NCBI GenBank assembly: GCA_013239625.1
Contig: MU056000.1
Span: 15,218,851-15,282,850, forward strand
From: Lama guanicoe
Taxonomy: Eukaryota
DNA: 64,000 nt
Direction of reading: 5' to 3'
Shown here: one piece after another, positions 26,383-38,229 of the stretch
Layout: each line of letters starts with the position of its first letter
How positions within the stretch are numbered: the stretch's first letter is position 1
The notes under the pieces: model-generated
Told to the model about the DNA's origin: nothing
The model's database searches: none
What the model saw: the letters and a program-made list of their open reading frames with translations, nothing else
Made by a program: the position numbers and the translations under genes

Positions 26383-27040
26383 TGTTGCTGATAGATGCAA
26401 CTGGTGTTCCAGGTTCTTGTCCCATCCCAGAAAGAATTTAGAGACAAGACTTAGAGGTTAAAAAAGGTAAAGTGAGGATTTACTAAAGGATGGATAGTAC
26501 ACTCTCAGGGGAGAGCAGGCAGGCTCAGGTGAGCGGCTGCCCTGAGTTTCTTTGGCAAGTTAGCTACATAGGGTGTAAAAATGAATGGGCAGAATATTCA
26601 TTGGGGAGGGAAGGGTTTGGGGTCATATTCCCTGATTATCATCCCAACTCCACCTTCCCAAAGGGAGGAGGGATTTTTGTCCTTATTTAGTCTGGATCAG
26701 AAGTGTCATGGCGTCGGTGCGTGATGGGTACTTCTGATCTGCAAGGCTAATTTTATTGAAATGAGGGCATAATGAGCAAAAGGTTACATTCGGACACTAG
26801 AAATTCCTGCCTTTTTTCACCTTTCTTTGTTTTTCTCCAGGCCACTTGTCACCCCAAAAGGCATGATCCCTTATCAGCCCCAAGGCTCCTGCTTTTCTTT
26901 CTCTGCCCAAGGATCCCTGCTTCTTACATGATGTGTGGTTTCCTGCTTTTGGCCTGTGCCCCTCCTTTCTGCCCAATTCCTGCCATTTGGTCTGTGTCCC
27001 CCTTTCTCTGCTCATATCTAGCTATCTGCCTGCTCTGACA
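26383..27040 (-). mobile_element. 3' LTR of the ERV
   Basis: Minus strand reads TGTCAGAGCAGG...TCAGCAACA, with an AGTAAA poly(A)-signal variant at 26479-26484. It is homologous end to end with 58500-59161. Confidence 0.92.
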
Positions 27041-27054
27041 TTTTCCCCTCAAGG
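27041..27054 (-). other. Retroviral polypurine tract
   Basis: Minus-strand CCTTGAGGGGAAAA lies immediately 5' of the LTR TG. Confidence 0.85.
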
Positions 27055-27153
27055 AGTCTGGACCCTTAAAATCTTTTAAGGGGAAAAGGGACGATGGTCA
27101 GTCTTCTGTAACTGCTTCTAGCTGAACATGGACGTAGTTCCTACCTGTGGGGC

Positions 27154-28250
27154 TAGATCTCCTTGCTGTCAGAGATAGGGGTCTTGGGGTTGTTAGTAGT
27201 GGCAGGGATGGAGAGTGGGGAGTAGAAGGAGGCAGAGGCCTTGTCCAGTGGATGTTGATGGTCTTTATCTTTATGTGGGATGGGTTGGAATCCTTGTCAC
27301 ATCATCATTTGAAGATGAAGTTGTTATATTCTAGAGGATACAAATTTTACTAGGTGGTTAAAAATACAAGGACCAAAGAGAAAGATGAGAAATATGGTGG
27401 CTGTGGGGCCTAGAAATGGAAGAAGCCAGGTATACCCTGGAAACGATCCCTTAAGTGTCTCAGTCCATTCCTGTTTTCCTTGATTGTACCTGTGGGGCCA
27501 GGAAGCCTGTTCATAAATTTCTTTAACATTTACTTCTACTTCTCCTGAGACATTAATGTATGTGCAGCATGTTTTGTTTATGACTGCATAAACCCCTCCT
27601 TCACTTGCTAATAGATAGTCTAGGGCTCAGCGATTGTCAAAGACTACCCCTGCCAGAGAATCAAGGGACTTTTGTAAGAGTGTTAGAGTGTCTCTGGTTT
27701 TCTTTAGTGCACTATCCAGGGAGGAGGTTAGATCCCTCAGGGTCGTCTCATGGTAGGCAAATCCTCCCCAAGGGGCAGCTGCAGCTAGCATCCCTATAAT
27801 TCCCGCTAGTACCAGTTCAAAGGCCCTTTTTGTCTCACATGAATCACATTGAGGACAGTTATTTGGGTTGGAGCCACGGTTCCCAAGGTGCAGTCCCCAT
27901 AGTGAAGTGTGTTGTCTAGATGTGAGAGAGCAATGTGGTCATTGTGAGGTAGCTCTCTGAGGTTCCACATAGCCATAATAATCCAGGTGGTGCTGGTAAA
28001 ACTGTGTGATTGGTTTGGTTATACAGCTGGAGAAAAGTTTTGGGAGGTGGGAGACAGTTACGGAGGGGTCCCATCTGTATTTTGAATTTTGTTTTTGGTT
28101 TGGAGTATCCAGGAGGGGGTCCATAGTCGGGGGGGTGGTCATAGTAAGGGGATATCTGATCTAATAACTAGCACAAGAAGTTTTATTAGCATTAGTTTGT
28201 GAATTGTCATAGCATACATGTGTGTGGTTAGGAGTGCAGGATAATGTGTA
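27154..28250 (-). pseudogene. env: env remnant (SU C-terminus plus full TM), ERV-V/EnvV-like
   Basis: Hand translation gives LPAPPGLLWLCGT, GDCTLGTVAPTQITVLNVIHVRQK/[frameshift]RAFELVLAGIIGMLAAAAPWGGFAYHETTLRDL, the ISD VVFDNR*ALDYLLASEGGVYAVINKTCC, and the TM TWLLPFLGPTATIFLIFLFGPCIFN. It carries stops and frameshifts. Confidence 0.92.
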
Positions 28251-29465
28251 AAGAGGCTGGCCCACGGTGAGTTTTGTGGCCTCTTCAACTAGCAGGGCTG
28301 TGGCTGCTACAGCTCCCAGACAGTCTGGCCATCCTGAGGCCACTGGGTCCAGTTGCTTGGAGAGATATGCCACTGGCCTAGGAATTGGCCCTCCTTTTTG
28401 GGTGAGAACTCCCAGGGCTATTCCCTCTCTTTCTGAGGTAAACAGAGTAAAGGGCTTGTTTAGATCTGGAATCCCCAGGGCTGGGGCGCTAGTCAGGGCA
28501 GTCTTAATCTGATCAGATGCTCTTTGTAAATTTCCAGTCCACTCTAGAGGCTCTATGTCTGGTCCCTTTAAGGCTTCATATAATGGTTTTGCCATGAGAC
28601 CAAACCCTGGGATCCAGATTCTACAAAACCCAGCCATTCCTAAGAAGGTTCTAAGCTGTTTTTTTGTGTGTGGTGGCTGTAAGTGGAGGATTGCCTCTTT
28701 GCGCTGGGTCGTAAGGGCACGCCTTCCTGGACTTAAAACACGTCCCAGGTAGGTAACCTTCTGGGAGGAAATTTGGGCTTTTTGTGGGGATACTTTAAAT
28801 CCCCTGTGACCTAGGAAGTTGAGGACCTGTATAGTGTTTTGGTCTGAAGCTTCCTTTGAGGGGCTGCAGATAAGGAGGTCATCGACATATTGTAATAATG
28901 CCCCCATCTCCAATTTGAGTTCCCTTAGTTCCTTTGCTAAGGCATTGCCAAACAGGTGTGGGCTATCCCGGAATCCCTGAGGAAGGACAGTCCAGGTATA
29001 TTGTTGGGTTTCATTAGTGTTTGGATCAGTCCGCTCAAAAGCAAAAAGACATTGGAAATCAGGGTGAATGGGTATGCAAAAGAAGGCATCTTTAAGATCT
29101 AGGACTGTAAACCAGGCTGTGTCCTCAGGGATCTGAGTGAGGATTGTGTATGGGTTGGGAACAATAGGATGGAGAGGAATTACAGCTTCATTTATGATTC
29201 GAAGATCTTGGACCATTCTGTATTCCCATTTGGTTTGAGGACAGGTAGGACTGGAGTATTACAGGGGGATTGGCATGGCACCAAAAGCCCATATTTAATG
29301 AATTTTGAGATTAGGGGTTGGAGGCCTCGTTGAGCCTCTGGTTTTATGTGATATTGGCGCCTGGAAGGGAAGTTATTAATTTCCTTTAAAGTTATTTTTA
29401 CAGGAGTGACAAACTTTGCCTTTCCTGGGATTCCCTGATCCCAGACCTGTGGATCTACAAGTATA
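28251..29465 (-). pseudogene. pol: pol remnant: reverse transcriptase and connection domain
   Basis: ORF 28161..29216 contains VLDLKDAFF, WTVLPQGFRDSP and LLQYVDDLL (YVDD at 28878-28889). An upstream frame (VDPQVW...SPCNTPVLPVLKPNG) joins it through a 1-nt frameshift near 29226. Confidence 0.95.
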
Positions 29466-31924
29466 CTACTGTTGCTGCTTCTAGGTCAAGTGAAGTATTA
29501 TTTACTAAAACGCTTGTCTATATTCTGAATGTTGGAAATCATGTTCCTAATCTTTTCCCATTTTCCATGAGCAACCAGGAACCTCAGAGTCAAATCAGTG
29601 GTCTACATCTCTGATGCGTACGTCACCTTCCCTAATCCAAACTACAAAGTCACACTGAGATCATCATTACCGTTTTTATTATTATCATAAACTGAGGAGA
29701 AATAGAGTGAAACTGATAGTATTAGTTATATTAGTAACAACTGACGCTAATATATCCCCTGCAATATATCAAGAAATGTCCTAATTGACTATTTTGCTTA
29801 TAATTTTGGCTCTTAGTTATATGGTATCTTATAATGATCATTTTATCACATCATTATTTAAATAATGGGAAAGTCCCTGAAAAAAAAGAAATTTAAGATA
29901 CATTTTGTTTTTCAAATATTAATATTGGCACTTAAAAAATCATTCTTATCTAACCAAGAAAAATAAAATTGTTTCTATATGCAGTTATTGTTTTCACTTA
30001 TATTTATAATGCCTAACTGCCAATTATTGCAAAGGTAAATTCTGACTGAAAATTTTAAATACCCACTGCCATGTGTTTATTGTAAAACCTATAAGCCCCT
30101 TAAAGGCAGCTTAGTTTTGTCTTGCAGGGGGTCTCATGTTGATTTGCACAAGAGACTCGTAATCTTTTCATCTACTTAATTAAATAAATGAATGGGTGAG
30201 AGCATATTTTAGGCATCACTAGGAATTGCTGAATGAGAGGGCAAAAGGCCAACTAAAAGTAAAAGTGTATTCATAAGGTTGGGAACTGAAATTAAAGGGG
30301 GCAGTGAGAAACCCAAACAACAAAAATCTGTTTTCTCAAAATGAAAGCAGAAGGCTACATAGGAAAGCAGGGTTTTATTAATTCAATTTAAGCAGAAGTC
30401 ATTTTAATGTGTAGTATTCAGTCTGTGATACTTTATTTAACCACCTCCAGTAGAGTTCTTTCGATCAAAACTTGAAGTGCCTGAGATCCTTAGCATCTTT
30501 ATCTGCTGTGCTTTGCCCCGAAAGGTCACCACAATGACACGGCAGACTCCCGACATACACTCCTCTGTTGCTGTAAACAGCTCACTTGTGGTTGAAGGAG
30601 GTAATTAAAAGGTTTCGATGACGAGGATGTGCCTGGTTAGAGATGAGGTCTGAGTCTGCACTGTTGAAGGATTTACGAATTAAATTTGCCCGCTGAGCTG
30701 CAGCAAAGGTGATGGCATCTGCAGTTTACAACCATGTTTTTAATTTAGACATGTCATGCATGGCCAGAAACAACAACAGTCATTTCTTTTTTACAAGCCT
30801 TATGACTTATAAATCACGACAGCATCATAGCTGCATTAATTTGAAGGGATGGGTAGATAACAGTACGAAAATTGCCTAATTTTTTGAAAAAAATCCTCAT
30901 TCTCCAAAGAAGAAAAAGTAAACAAAATAGTATTTTTTATTTTTCCACATAAAAATACATGGTGAGATGAAGTATTTAGAGGGGGTTATATTGATGCCAC
31001 AGTTTACTCCGACTGGCATTCCAAATTAAGAAGTGACAGTTGATGGTAGAAAGACAGACAGATAAACAATTATAGGACAATGTTGATTCTAGTATCTGGC
31101 TGGCAGATTGATGGATATTCACTGTAAAATTCCATCAGATTTTCTGTCTATTTGAAACATTTCATAATAAGATGTTGGGAAATATAGGTTGAAAGAGATT
31201 GTTACAGTTTTAAGAGTCATATAAAAAGAAATCAAAGTTTTTACTATTGACAATTATCCTTTAAAAACTGAAAGCAAACTGGGTTAATTGCCAGTGGGCT
31301 GTCTATGTCACTAAGTATCTGAAATTGGGACTCTTTGTGCGTTTGAGTATTGGTCTGAATTTTTGTTCCTTGTAGTGCTAATGAATTCTACCCAGAGTAG
31401 GTAAATTGAACTTTAGGTGGTGTATCTGATCCGTTTATTTAACGATCTTCCAAGTGGATGGCTGAATCTCAGTCTAATCTATTACATTCTAATCAATCAC
31501 AATGATGATTAATATAAAGCTTCTTTCCTTTGAGTATTGATTGGTTACTAAAAGCTTCTGGTGACCACATAGTGCCTGGCATTTTGCTCTTACATTTTTA
31601 CTCTCTCCTGGTAGTATACATTAGTCTCCATAAAGGGTATCACTACAAGTTTTCAACCCATTCTAGTTGGTATAACAGATCAAAAGGGGAGAATCAAATA
31701 GCTGGAGAGAGTCTGAGTTTCCATTAACAGGTAATACATGGAACCGAATAAAATGATATTCTGTTTAGGATTGAGAAATATTGAATAATTGGAAGCCCAG
31801 AGTACTCCACAAGCACTCTTCTGGGCAAAGGTTATACTTTTCTTAATACAAAACAGAGATTTAAAAAGAAAAATTCTACCAAGATTTTTAGAAAATAAGG
31901 TGAATTTTAAGGAAGTTCAGGCAA

Positions 31925-32180
31925 ATAGTGTGATATTTAAGCATGGGGACCTTGGGGTCAGGGAGCCTGGACATATAATAGCCTCTTGTAGCTGCAGAGT
32001 CCTGTGACCCCAGGCAAGTTCCACAATATCTCTAAGCCTCAGCCTTTTCATCTACAATATTAAGATAATAGTGTTTTTCACTTCTCAGATGTCTTTTGAA
32101 TTATTGAAGGAAATTATACACACTTACCCACATTCTGTAATGCCTGGAGAATAGTGTATAATCAATGAGTGATGATCATT
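31925..32180 (+). mobile_element. MIR SINE
   Basis: CTGTGACCCCAGGCAAGTT...TCTCTAAGCCTCAG...TCATCTAC is the MIR core. Confidence 0.75.
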
Positions 32181-33369
32181 GCTAACACTGTCTTTCAGGA
32201 ATTGATACAGATGTGTATTTGTAAATAGGTGTTGTTTCTTTAAAAGTAAGCATGGGAAGTATCATTTTGCATTTGGCGTATAACAACAATATGTAAATTG
32301 AAATTATTTAATGAAAACTATTTTTATAGCTGAAAGACCAGAAAATCTAATGGATTTGTTCAGAGGGCTGTTTTAAAAATAGTAGCTACTACAAGGAAGG
32401 AGGAATGGCATTCTTCTGGGAGGCGGCATTCTCTGGGAAACTTGCTGACTGAAAAAACACAGGTTGCTGAATTTATATTGAAAAATAGATTTTCCCCAGG
32501 AATCATGTGATTTATGTTTAAAAGAACTTAATACTTTTATAAACAAAATAACAGAGCAATCATACTGTATGTGTCCAAGAGTTACCAGTATAGAAATACA
32601 AATGCTTTTTAAAAGACCAATGAAGATGCACATTCATATTATAAATAGTTGCTTTTTAGGATGGGGATGGAATAAAGAGCAGTGTTATAAGGGTAGTGTA
32701 GACAGACATCCAATGTCTTAGAAAGGGGAGGATATTTAACCAAGGTACTTACTGCCCTTGGAGTTGGTACACACAAACTATAGGAGACTGAGTCTTTTAA
32801 GTAGCAAATATATATCTTACATGTACATGATTTGTTTGTCATGATATATTCATATATCACATTCGTAGGCCATATATGAATGTAGTAGAGTGTACTAGGG
32901 TTCACAAAATATCACTTGTTAACGTACCAAAATTGATAGAATATTTATTCATCTTAAATTATTCTTAAGGGTATCTTAAATTATTATTTATTTGTCATTT
33001 TTTTCATGAACCAAAATAAAGTAAATGCTAGGAAAATAGTTTTAAATACAAATATAAGCATTAGAATACATTATATATTTCTTAAATTGGTGTGTGTTAG
33101 ATAGTAGAGAGTATAATTTTATTCTTAAATGTAAGAAGGAAGAGAAATATAAAACTGAACAGACATATGCCATTGTGTTTTTTCCCCTCATGATTAGAAT
33201 CTACATGAATGTATGAAGCAAATAATAAAAGTTGACTGGCAGTAGGGGCTTGAAAAAAAGTGAAAAACATTGTACAATTAATTGAGATGACAATATTTAA
33301 AATACATTTGTCTAAGGGGTATTAATTTGAAAGAAATGTTTTCTGTTACACAAGTCATACTAAATGACT

Positions 33370-34500
33370 TATTTATTTTTCATGTATTATTTTATTGATT
33401 CATTCATTCTGTCATCCCACAAGCACATAAACTGAGGTTTTGCAAGATATCTTCCAGTCTGTCCTGACTCAAGTAATCTACATAATAAGGACATTGAAAG
33501 TCATTTACTAAATCCAACCTTAATTTCTGGGTTTTGGTAATTTTCACTTTTCTAGAAAAATCATCTATTTCATCTGTCCTTTCAAAGTTTCAACAGAATT
33601 ATGAGATGTAATGAATCATAATAAGAGGCTGTCCAATATTTAATAAACCCTGCACTTCCTAAAAACGCTAAATTGATCACATTTTAGCATTTTTCATAAA
33701 CAGGTATATTTAAAATCCTAGGTTTTTTTTTGTTTGTTTCCCATATATATTTCTAATTATCTTTAATCTGAAATATCCTTTGTTGCATTAGTTTTATTAG
33801 ACGTTGGTTAGGTACTTGCTCTAGGTTATTAAATAAGATGGAAAACATCATCAGCTAAATAATTGTGTATAATAGTATAATAATTATAATCTTTAAATAC
33901 ATAAACATATACAATGCATGCAATAATATATAAAATATGAATGCAAGTACATAAACTACTATATAGATCATATAAGAATATATACATATGTATAAATTGT
34001 AGCTCTGTACTCTGAGACTCTTGGGCCCCGATGACATTTTTAAAGTTACTTTTTCACTTTCAAAATTTTTCCCATTGATATTGGCCTTTTTTGTTTAAAA
34101 ATTTTTATTTTTTTAAGTAATTTTCAATTATCTCTATTTTTAAAACATTTACATTAAGTAGAATGTATTGTATTACCCTTTAAAAATGAAAGAATTGTAA
34201 TTATGTTGGCTACCTACTTTCTTATATTTCTGTGTTTCAGATGTTTCCTTTTTACTGGAGACAAGTCTTAAGATACTATGATTTTTCTTAGTAGTTTATT
34301 AAATTCAATATTAATTTTGCCTCATTTTAAATGTTTACTACATTCATTTTACATTGTTTTGTTCTGTTTGGTTATATGTGCTGAATCTTCTGAGTTGATT
34401 TAATTATTTTCCCTAACACTATAAATATATTTTCCATACTTCACACATTTATTTCAATTTCAAGTGCATGTTTTTAATCATATATTCATGAGATAGCTAT
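33370..34500 (-). mobile_element. Highly diverged old L1 fragments with an AT-rich low-complexity insert (~33860-34000)
   Basis: T-rich antisense L1-like motifs, for example TAAACCCTGCACTTCCT and TCATCTATTTCATCTG. Confidence 0.4.
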
Positions 34501-34527
34501 TTAGTTTTAGTGAACAAATCCAAAATC

Positions 34528-35122
34528 TTTTTTTCAGTTTTATTAATTGGCATATTACATCAATTAAGGTAAGATTTATAATATGATTTGATGTACTATT
34601 TGTATATTGTGAAATGATTACCACAATAGGTTAATTTATACCACCTCACATAATTACCATTTCCTTTTTGTGGTGAGAACATTTAAGATATATCTATAAC
34701 ATCTTCTTTATTCATCTGTAGGTGGACACTTAGGTTGTTTCCACATTTTCCTATTTTGGGTATTGTGACTAATGCTGCAATGAACATGGAAGTGCAGATA
34801 ATTCTTGAAGATCTTGATTTCATTACCATTGGATAGATACTTAGAAGTGGAATTACTGGATCATATGGCTTTGTTTTGCTATTTAGTTTTAATTTTTTTT
34901 GAGAAAACTCTCTACTATTTTCAATGATGGTTGTACCGATTTACATTTCCACAAACAGTGCACAAGTGTACTCTTTTCTCCACAACCCCACCAGCACTTT
35001 TTGTCTCTTGTCTTTTTAGTAATAACCATCCTAACAGGTGTGAGGTGATATCTCACTGTGCTTTTGATTTGCATAACCTGATGATTAGTGATGGTGAGCA
35101 CTTCTACATGTACCTGTTGGTC
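34528..35122 (-). mobile_element. L1MA9-like L1 3' end with internal deletion
   Basis: T-run, then TATATTGTGAAATGATTACCACAAT and GTGGTGAGAACATTTAAGAT. Encodes the ORF2 peptide [16 protein letters not shown]. Confidence 0.85.
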
Positions 35123-37657
35123 CCTCAATCCACTCCTCTCATTTTTCACTCTTGTTAACAGATTTTGTTCTCCCTAATAAATTATTAGCACAAAAAGCCT
35201 CTGCTTCAGAATTTGCTTTATAGAGAATCCAAGTTATAATAACTCCAATATCAGAGCAAGAAAATTGAAGCATTAAATCCTAGAAGTGTGGGTATTTTAT
35301 GCAACAGTTTTCTGTTGAAATCATTACAGTAAGATATTGTCTTGAGTGTCTCATTTTAACAAGATCATTTCCTAAGGTTAATCTTTCCATTCAGATGCAC
35401 TAAATTAATTAATTCAAACTTCTATTTCTTTGACAATCACTGTAAATATCAAGCTAACTCAATATTGGGAGTTTGAGCAGTGATTTGAGCAGATTGGGAT
35501 GGCTCTGTTATACTTCCAGTGAAGCATATTCATGGCATAATCAAGGGTGAAACTCAAGATTGTACCACTAAGAATTTGTAGCAGCACCTAATAAAGCATA
35601 TTAAGTCATTATGTTACTAAGTATTGTCACTTGGACACTAAGTTAATAAGTCATTTAACATCTATGAACTTGCAAGGTGAATAGCTATACTAAAAAGAGT
35701 TAAGATTACAATAATTTAATTCAGAAACTGTTCTGTAGTGAAAAAGGACTTCTGAAAATTCCTAAATATTTTGAAGTTGAAGCAATCCCTAGATCAAAAC
35801 AAAAAGTATTATGTTTTAAGCAGGTTAAGTTAAAACATTCTTAAACTGTGATGGATTTAACTCAGTTGAGATACTTAAACATGTCATGTTATAACTTCAG
35901 TTTTCATTTGAACTAATTATTGAGTATGGAAATGTAAGATGGGCAATTGCTAAAAATAAACTCCCACCCCTCTATCAGTGTTTGAAGTATGAAGCATGCC
36001 GGCTTGGCATGTTCACTGGATGCACTTCGAGTACACCATATTATTCTTTGGATGCCCAATAAACTTTGATGGAAAAACAGATCACTCTTCCACTGCAGTT
36101 AAATCAATCTTAAAAGACCTTTCATATGCCAACTCTAGTCTGATGGAGCTATAAACAAGGTTTTTGCCGATATTCACCTATTAAAATCTAATATTTGGGA
36201 AAAAATGATCTTTAGGTGGGAGTATCCTATAACAAACGTACTGGAAGAATTTTGAAGTGTATTCATTATGCTTAATTTAAATAAGTTTTTACTCAATACA
36301 GTCATATTAACAAGTGCTTTTCTCTGTCAGGATGGAGTATTTCTATTCAATTAGAGATAATAAGTGTTGGTTTTCTCTAAAACACACGTAGACATGTAAG
36401 AGTAATACTTTAAAAGTTTACTGTTAGTTACTTACACTGTCACCATATTGCATACTGTAGATGCATTTTATATATAAGCCTTGATTTCAAAAAATGCTCA
36501 CTTTTGTTGAATACTAACATTCTCTAAGTCTCAGGTCTTAAGCCAGTGGCTTAACTTTCCCAGTTGATTTCATAGGCTTTAATGGTTTCCAATAGCATCT
36601 TTAAAAATGATGTGTCCTTAATGTTTTAATTATACATTGTATTTAAAGATATATTAATTATGTTAATATTTAGGTGATAGAATGTCACTGAAGAATTATC
36701 GTTAAGACTTTAAAAATAAAGAAACTATTTTTGATTTTTGGTATATGAGTGATAAGATTTGAAGATCAGATAACCTACTATGCAATCTGCATTATAATAT
36801 AGATTAAATTGCAATTTAAAAATATAAAGAAGTTTGTGTGTGTCTGTGTGTGTTTATATGTGTGAAACTGTTGTGCAATATCTTTAACAGTGCTAATGGA
36901 AAAGCTAACCAAGTGCTAAAATTAACCACTGGCATGAATTTCATATGATGTCATTTATTCTACTGATCTTTAATTAATGATTTTGATTGAATAAGATTTA
37001 ATTTAAAACATCCAACCAGCCTGTAAATATATATTATTCTCTGGCTACATTTTATTGTAAATAATCAGGGAAATATTTGATTTCTCAGCCACTTCATGCA
37101 GAATGTTGACTTTAATTTTATTTGCATTTATTAGACTTAATCACTTTTAAAGCATGCAGTTAACTGCATGCTCATTTCATGGCTGTACTCTTAAACAACT
37201 GATTTCTAAAGCTCCACGTGATTAATATGTTTACTTTCTCAATTGTCTTTATGCCTATAACATGATTGGAATAAAAGGTGTGATTGTTTTGCTTAAATTT
37301 ATAACAAACCCATATTACGTCTTTGCGGTCTAGTTTTCAAAATACTTTGAGCCCTTGGAAAATGTAATGTGAGCATTTTAGACTATGCTATGCTAATCCA
37401 ACTTTGATAGAAGTCATGCATTTTTATTTTAAAGTCTGTCCAAATGATATATTACATAATCAATGTAGAGAGGATGAACTGGTATAAATGCAACAATCAG
37501 CTCAGCAATTGAAAGTACTGTTTCATTAGCTTTAGAGTTGTATCAAAACTAAAGTCATTAACATAATCTTTAATATCTAGTCAGGTACTAGAATGCTATA
37601 ATGGATTTTCTGCATTTTCAAGACATGTGGTTAGGTTATATAAACTGCCATTCAAAT

Positions 37658-37828
37658 TAAAGTTGCAAGATTTAGCAAAATACAGCTTTCCCAGTATTAA
37701 ACAAGAAATAATTATTTGGTATAAGTATGTCTTATGTGATATTTTGGATATAGTAGTATTAAAATTATTTGTTGTATATCTGAAATTCAGATTTAACGAG
37801 GCATCCTGTATTTTATCTGGCAACTTTA
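37658..37828. mobile_element. MER53-like palindromic hAT MITE
   Basis: Terminal inverted repeats AGTTGCAAGAT...ATCTGGCAACT, with internal TATAAGTATGTC and TCTGAAATTCAGATTTAAC matching recalled MER53. Confidence 0.8.
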
Positions 37829-37861
37829 AAAACAGTGTTGAGTAATTTGAAACTTTGAATT

Positions 37862-37993
37862 AAAAAAAATTTAATGAGGGGAGGTAATTTTTGGTTTATT
37901 TATTTATTTTTTTAAACAGAGGTACTGGGAATTGAACCCAGGACCTTGTGCATGCTAGGCATGCACTTTACCACTAAGCTATATCCTGCCTCC
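37862..37993 (-). mobile_element. tRNA-derived SINE, camelid Vic-1-like
   Basis: The minus strand has an A box (TAGCTTAGTGG), a B box (GGTTCAATTCC) and an (AAAT)n tail with ATTACCTCCCC. A degenerate TSD AAACTTTGAATT/AAGCATTGAATT flanks it. Confidence 0.85.
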
Positions 37994-38229
37994 AAAAGCA
38001 TTGAATTTTTTATACTAGCTTCTTTTCCTCTTTGGTTATCAACTCATTCATTGGAAGAAATTTTGATTGCTCCCAGATTTGGGAAATTATGAATAATTCT
38101 TCTCTAAATACCTGTGTACAGGTTTGGGACCTATGTGCTCTTCAGAGATTTACGATGTGGCTGGAATAAAGTCAAGGATCTGGACCTATTCAAGTAATTC
38201 CCCATTAGTTCCATAGTTTGCTTGCTTTC

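Larger units (their letters stand above)
26383..29465 (-). mobile_element. Defective class I (gamma-like) endogenous retrovirus: partial pol, partial env, PPT and 3' LTR
   Basis: Minus-strand order is RT, env SU C-terminus and TM, PPT, LTR. gag, pro, PBS and the 5' LTR are absent, and RNase H/integrase are internally deleted. Confidence 0.95.

Noticed and set aside
26772..27038. Paralogous 88-aa ORFs (26772..27038 and 58893..59159) as a duplicated gene
   Set aside because: Both lie within copies of the same LTR, so the similarity simply reflects LTR homology.
27154..28250. Functional syncytin at this locus
   Set aside because: No signal peptide or SU N-terminus, a frameshift at the furin site, a stop in the ISD and a mutated CX6CC.
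28161..29216. RT ORF as a retron, DGR or group II intron RT, or as a functional gene
   Set aside because: Its motifs (LPQGFRDSP, YVDD) and context (env, PPT, LTR) are retroviral. The N-terminus is frameshifted, and RNase H/integrase and the promoter are missing.
37915..37990. tRNA gene
   Set aside because: It has A and B boxes but continues into a SINE tail with TSD-like flanks, so it is a tRNA-derived SINE.
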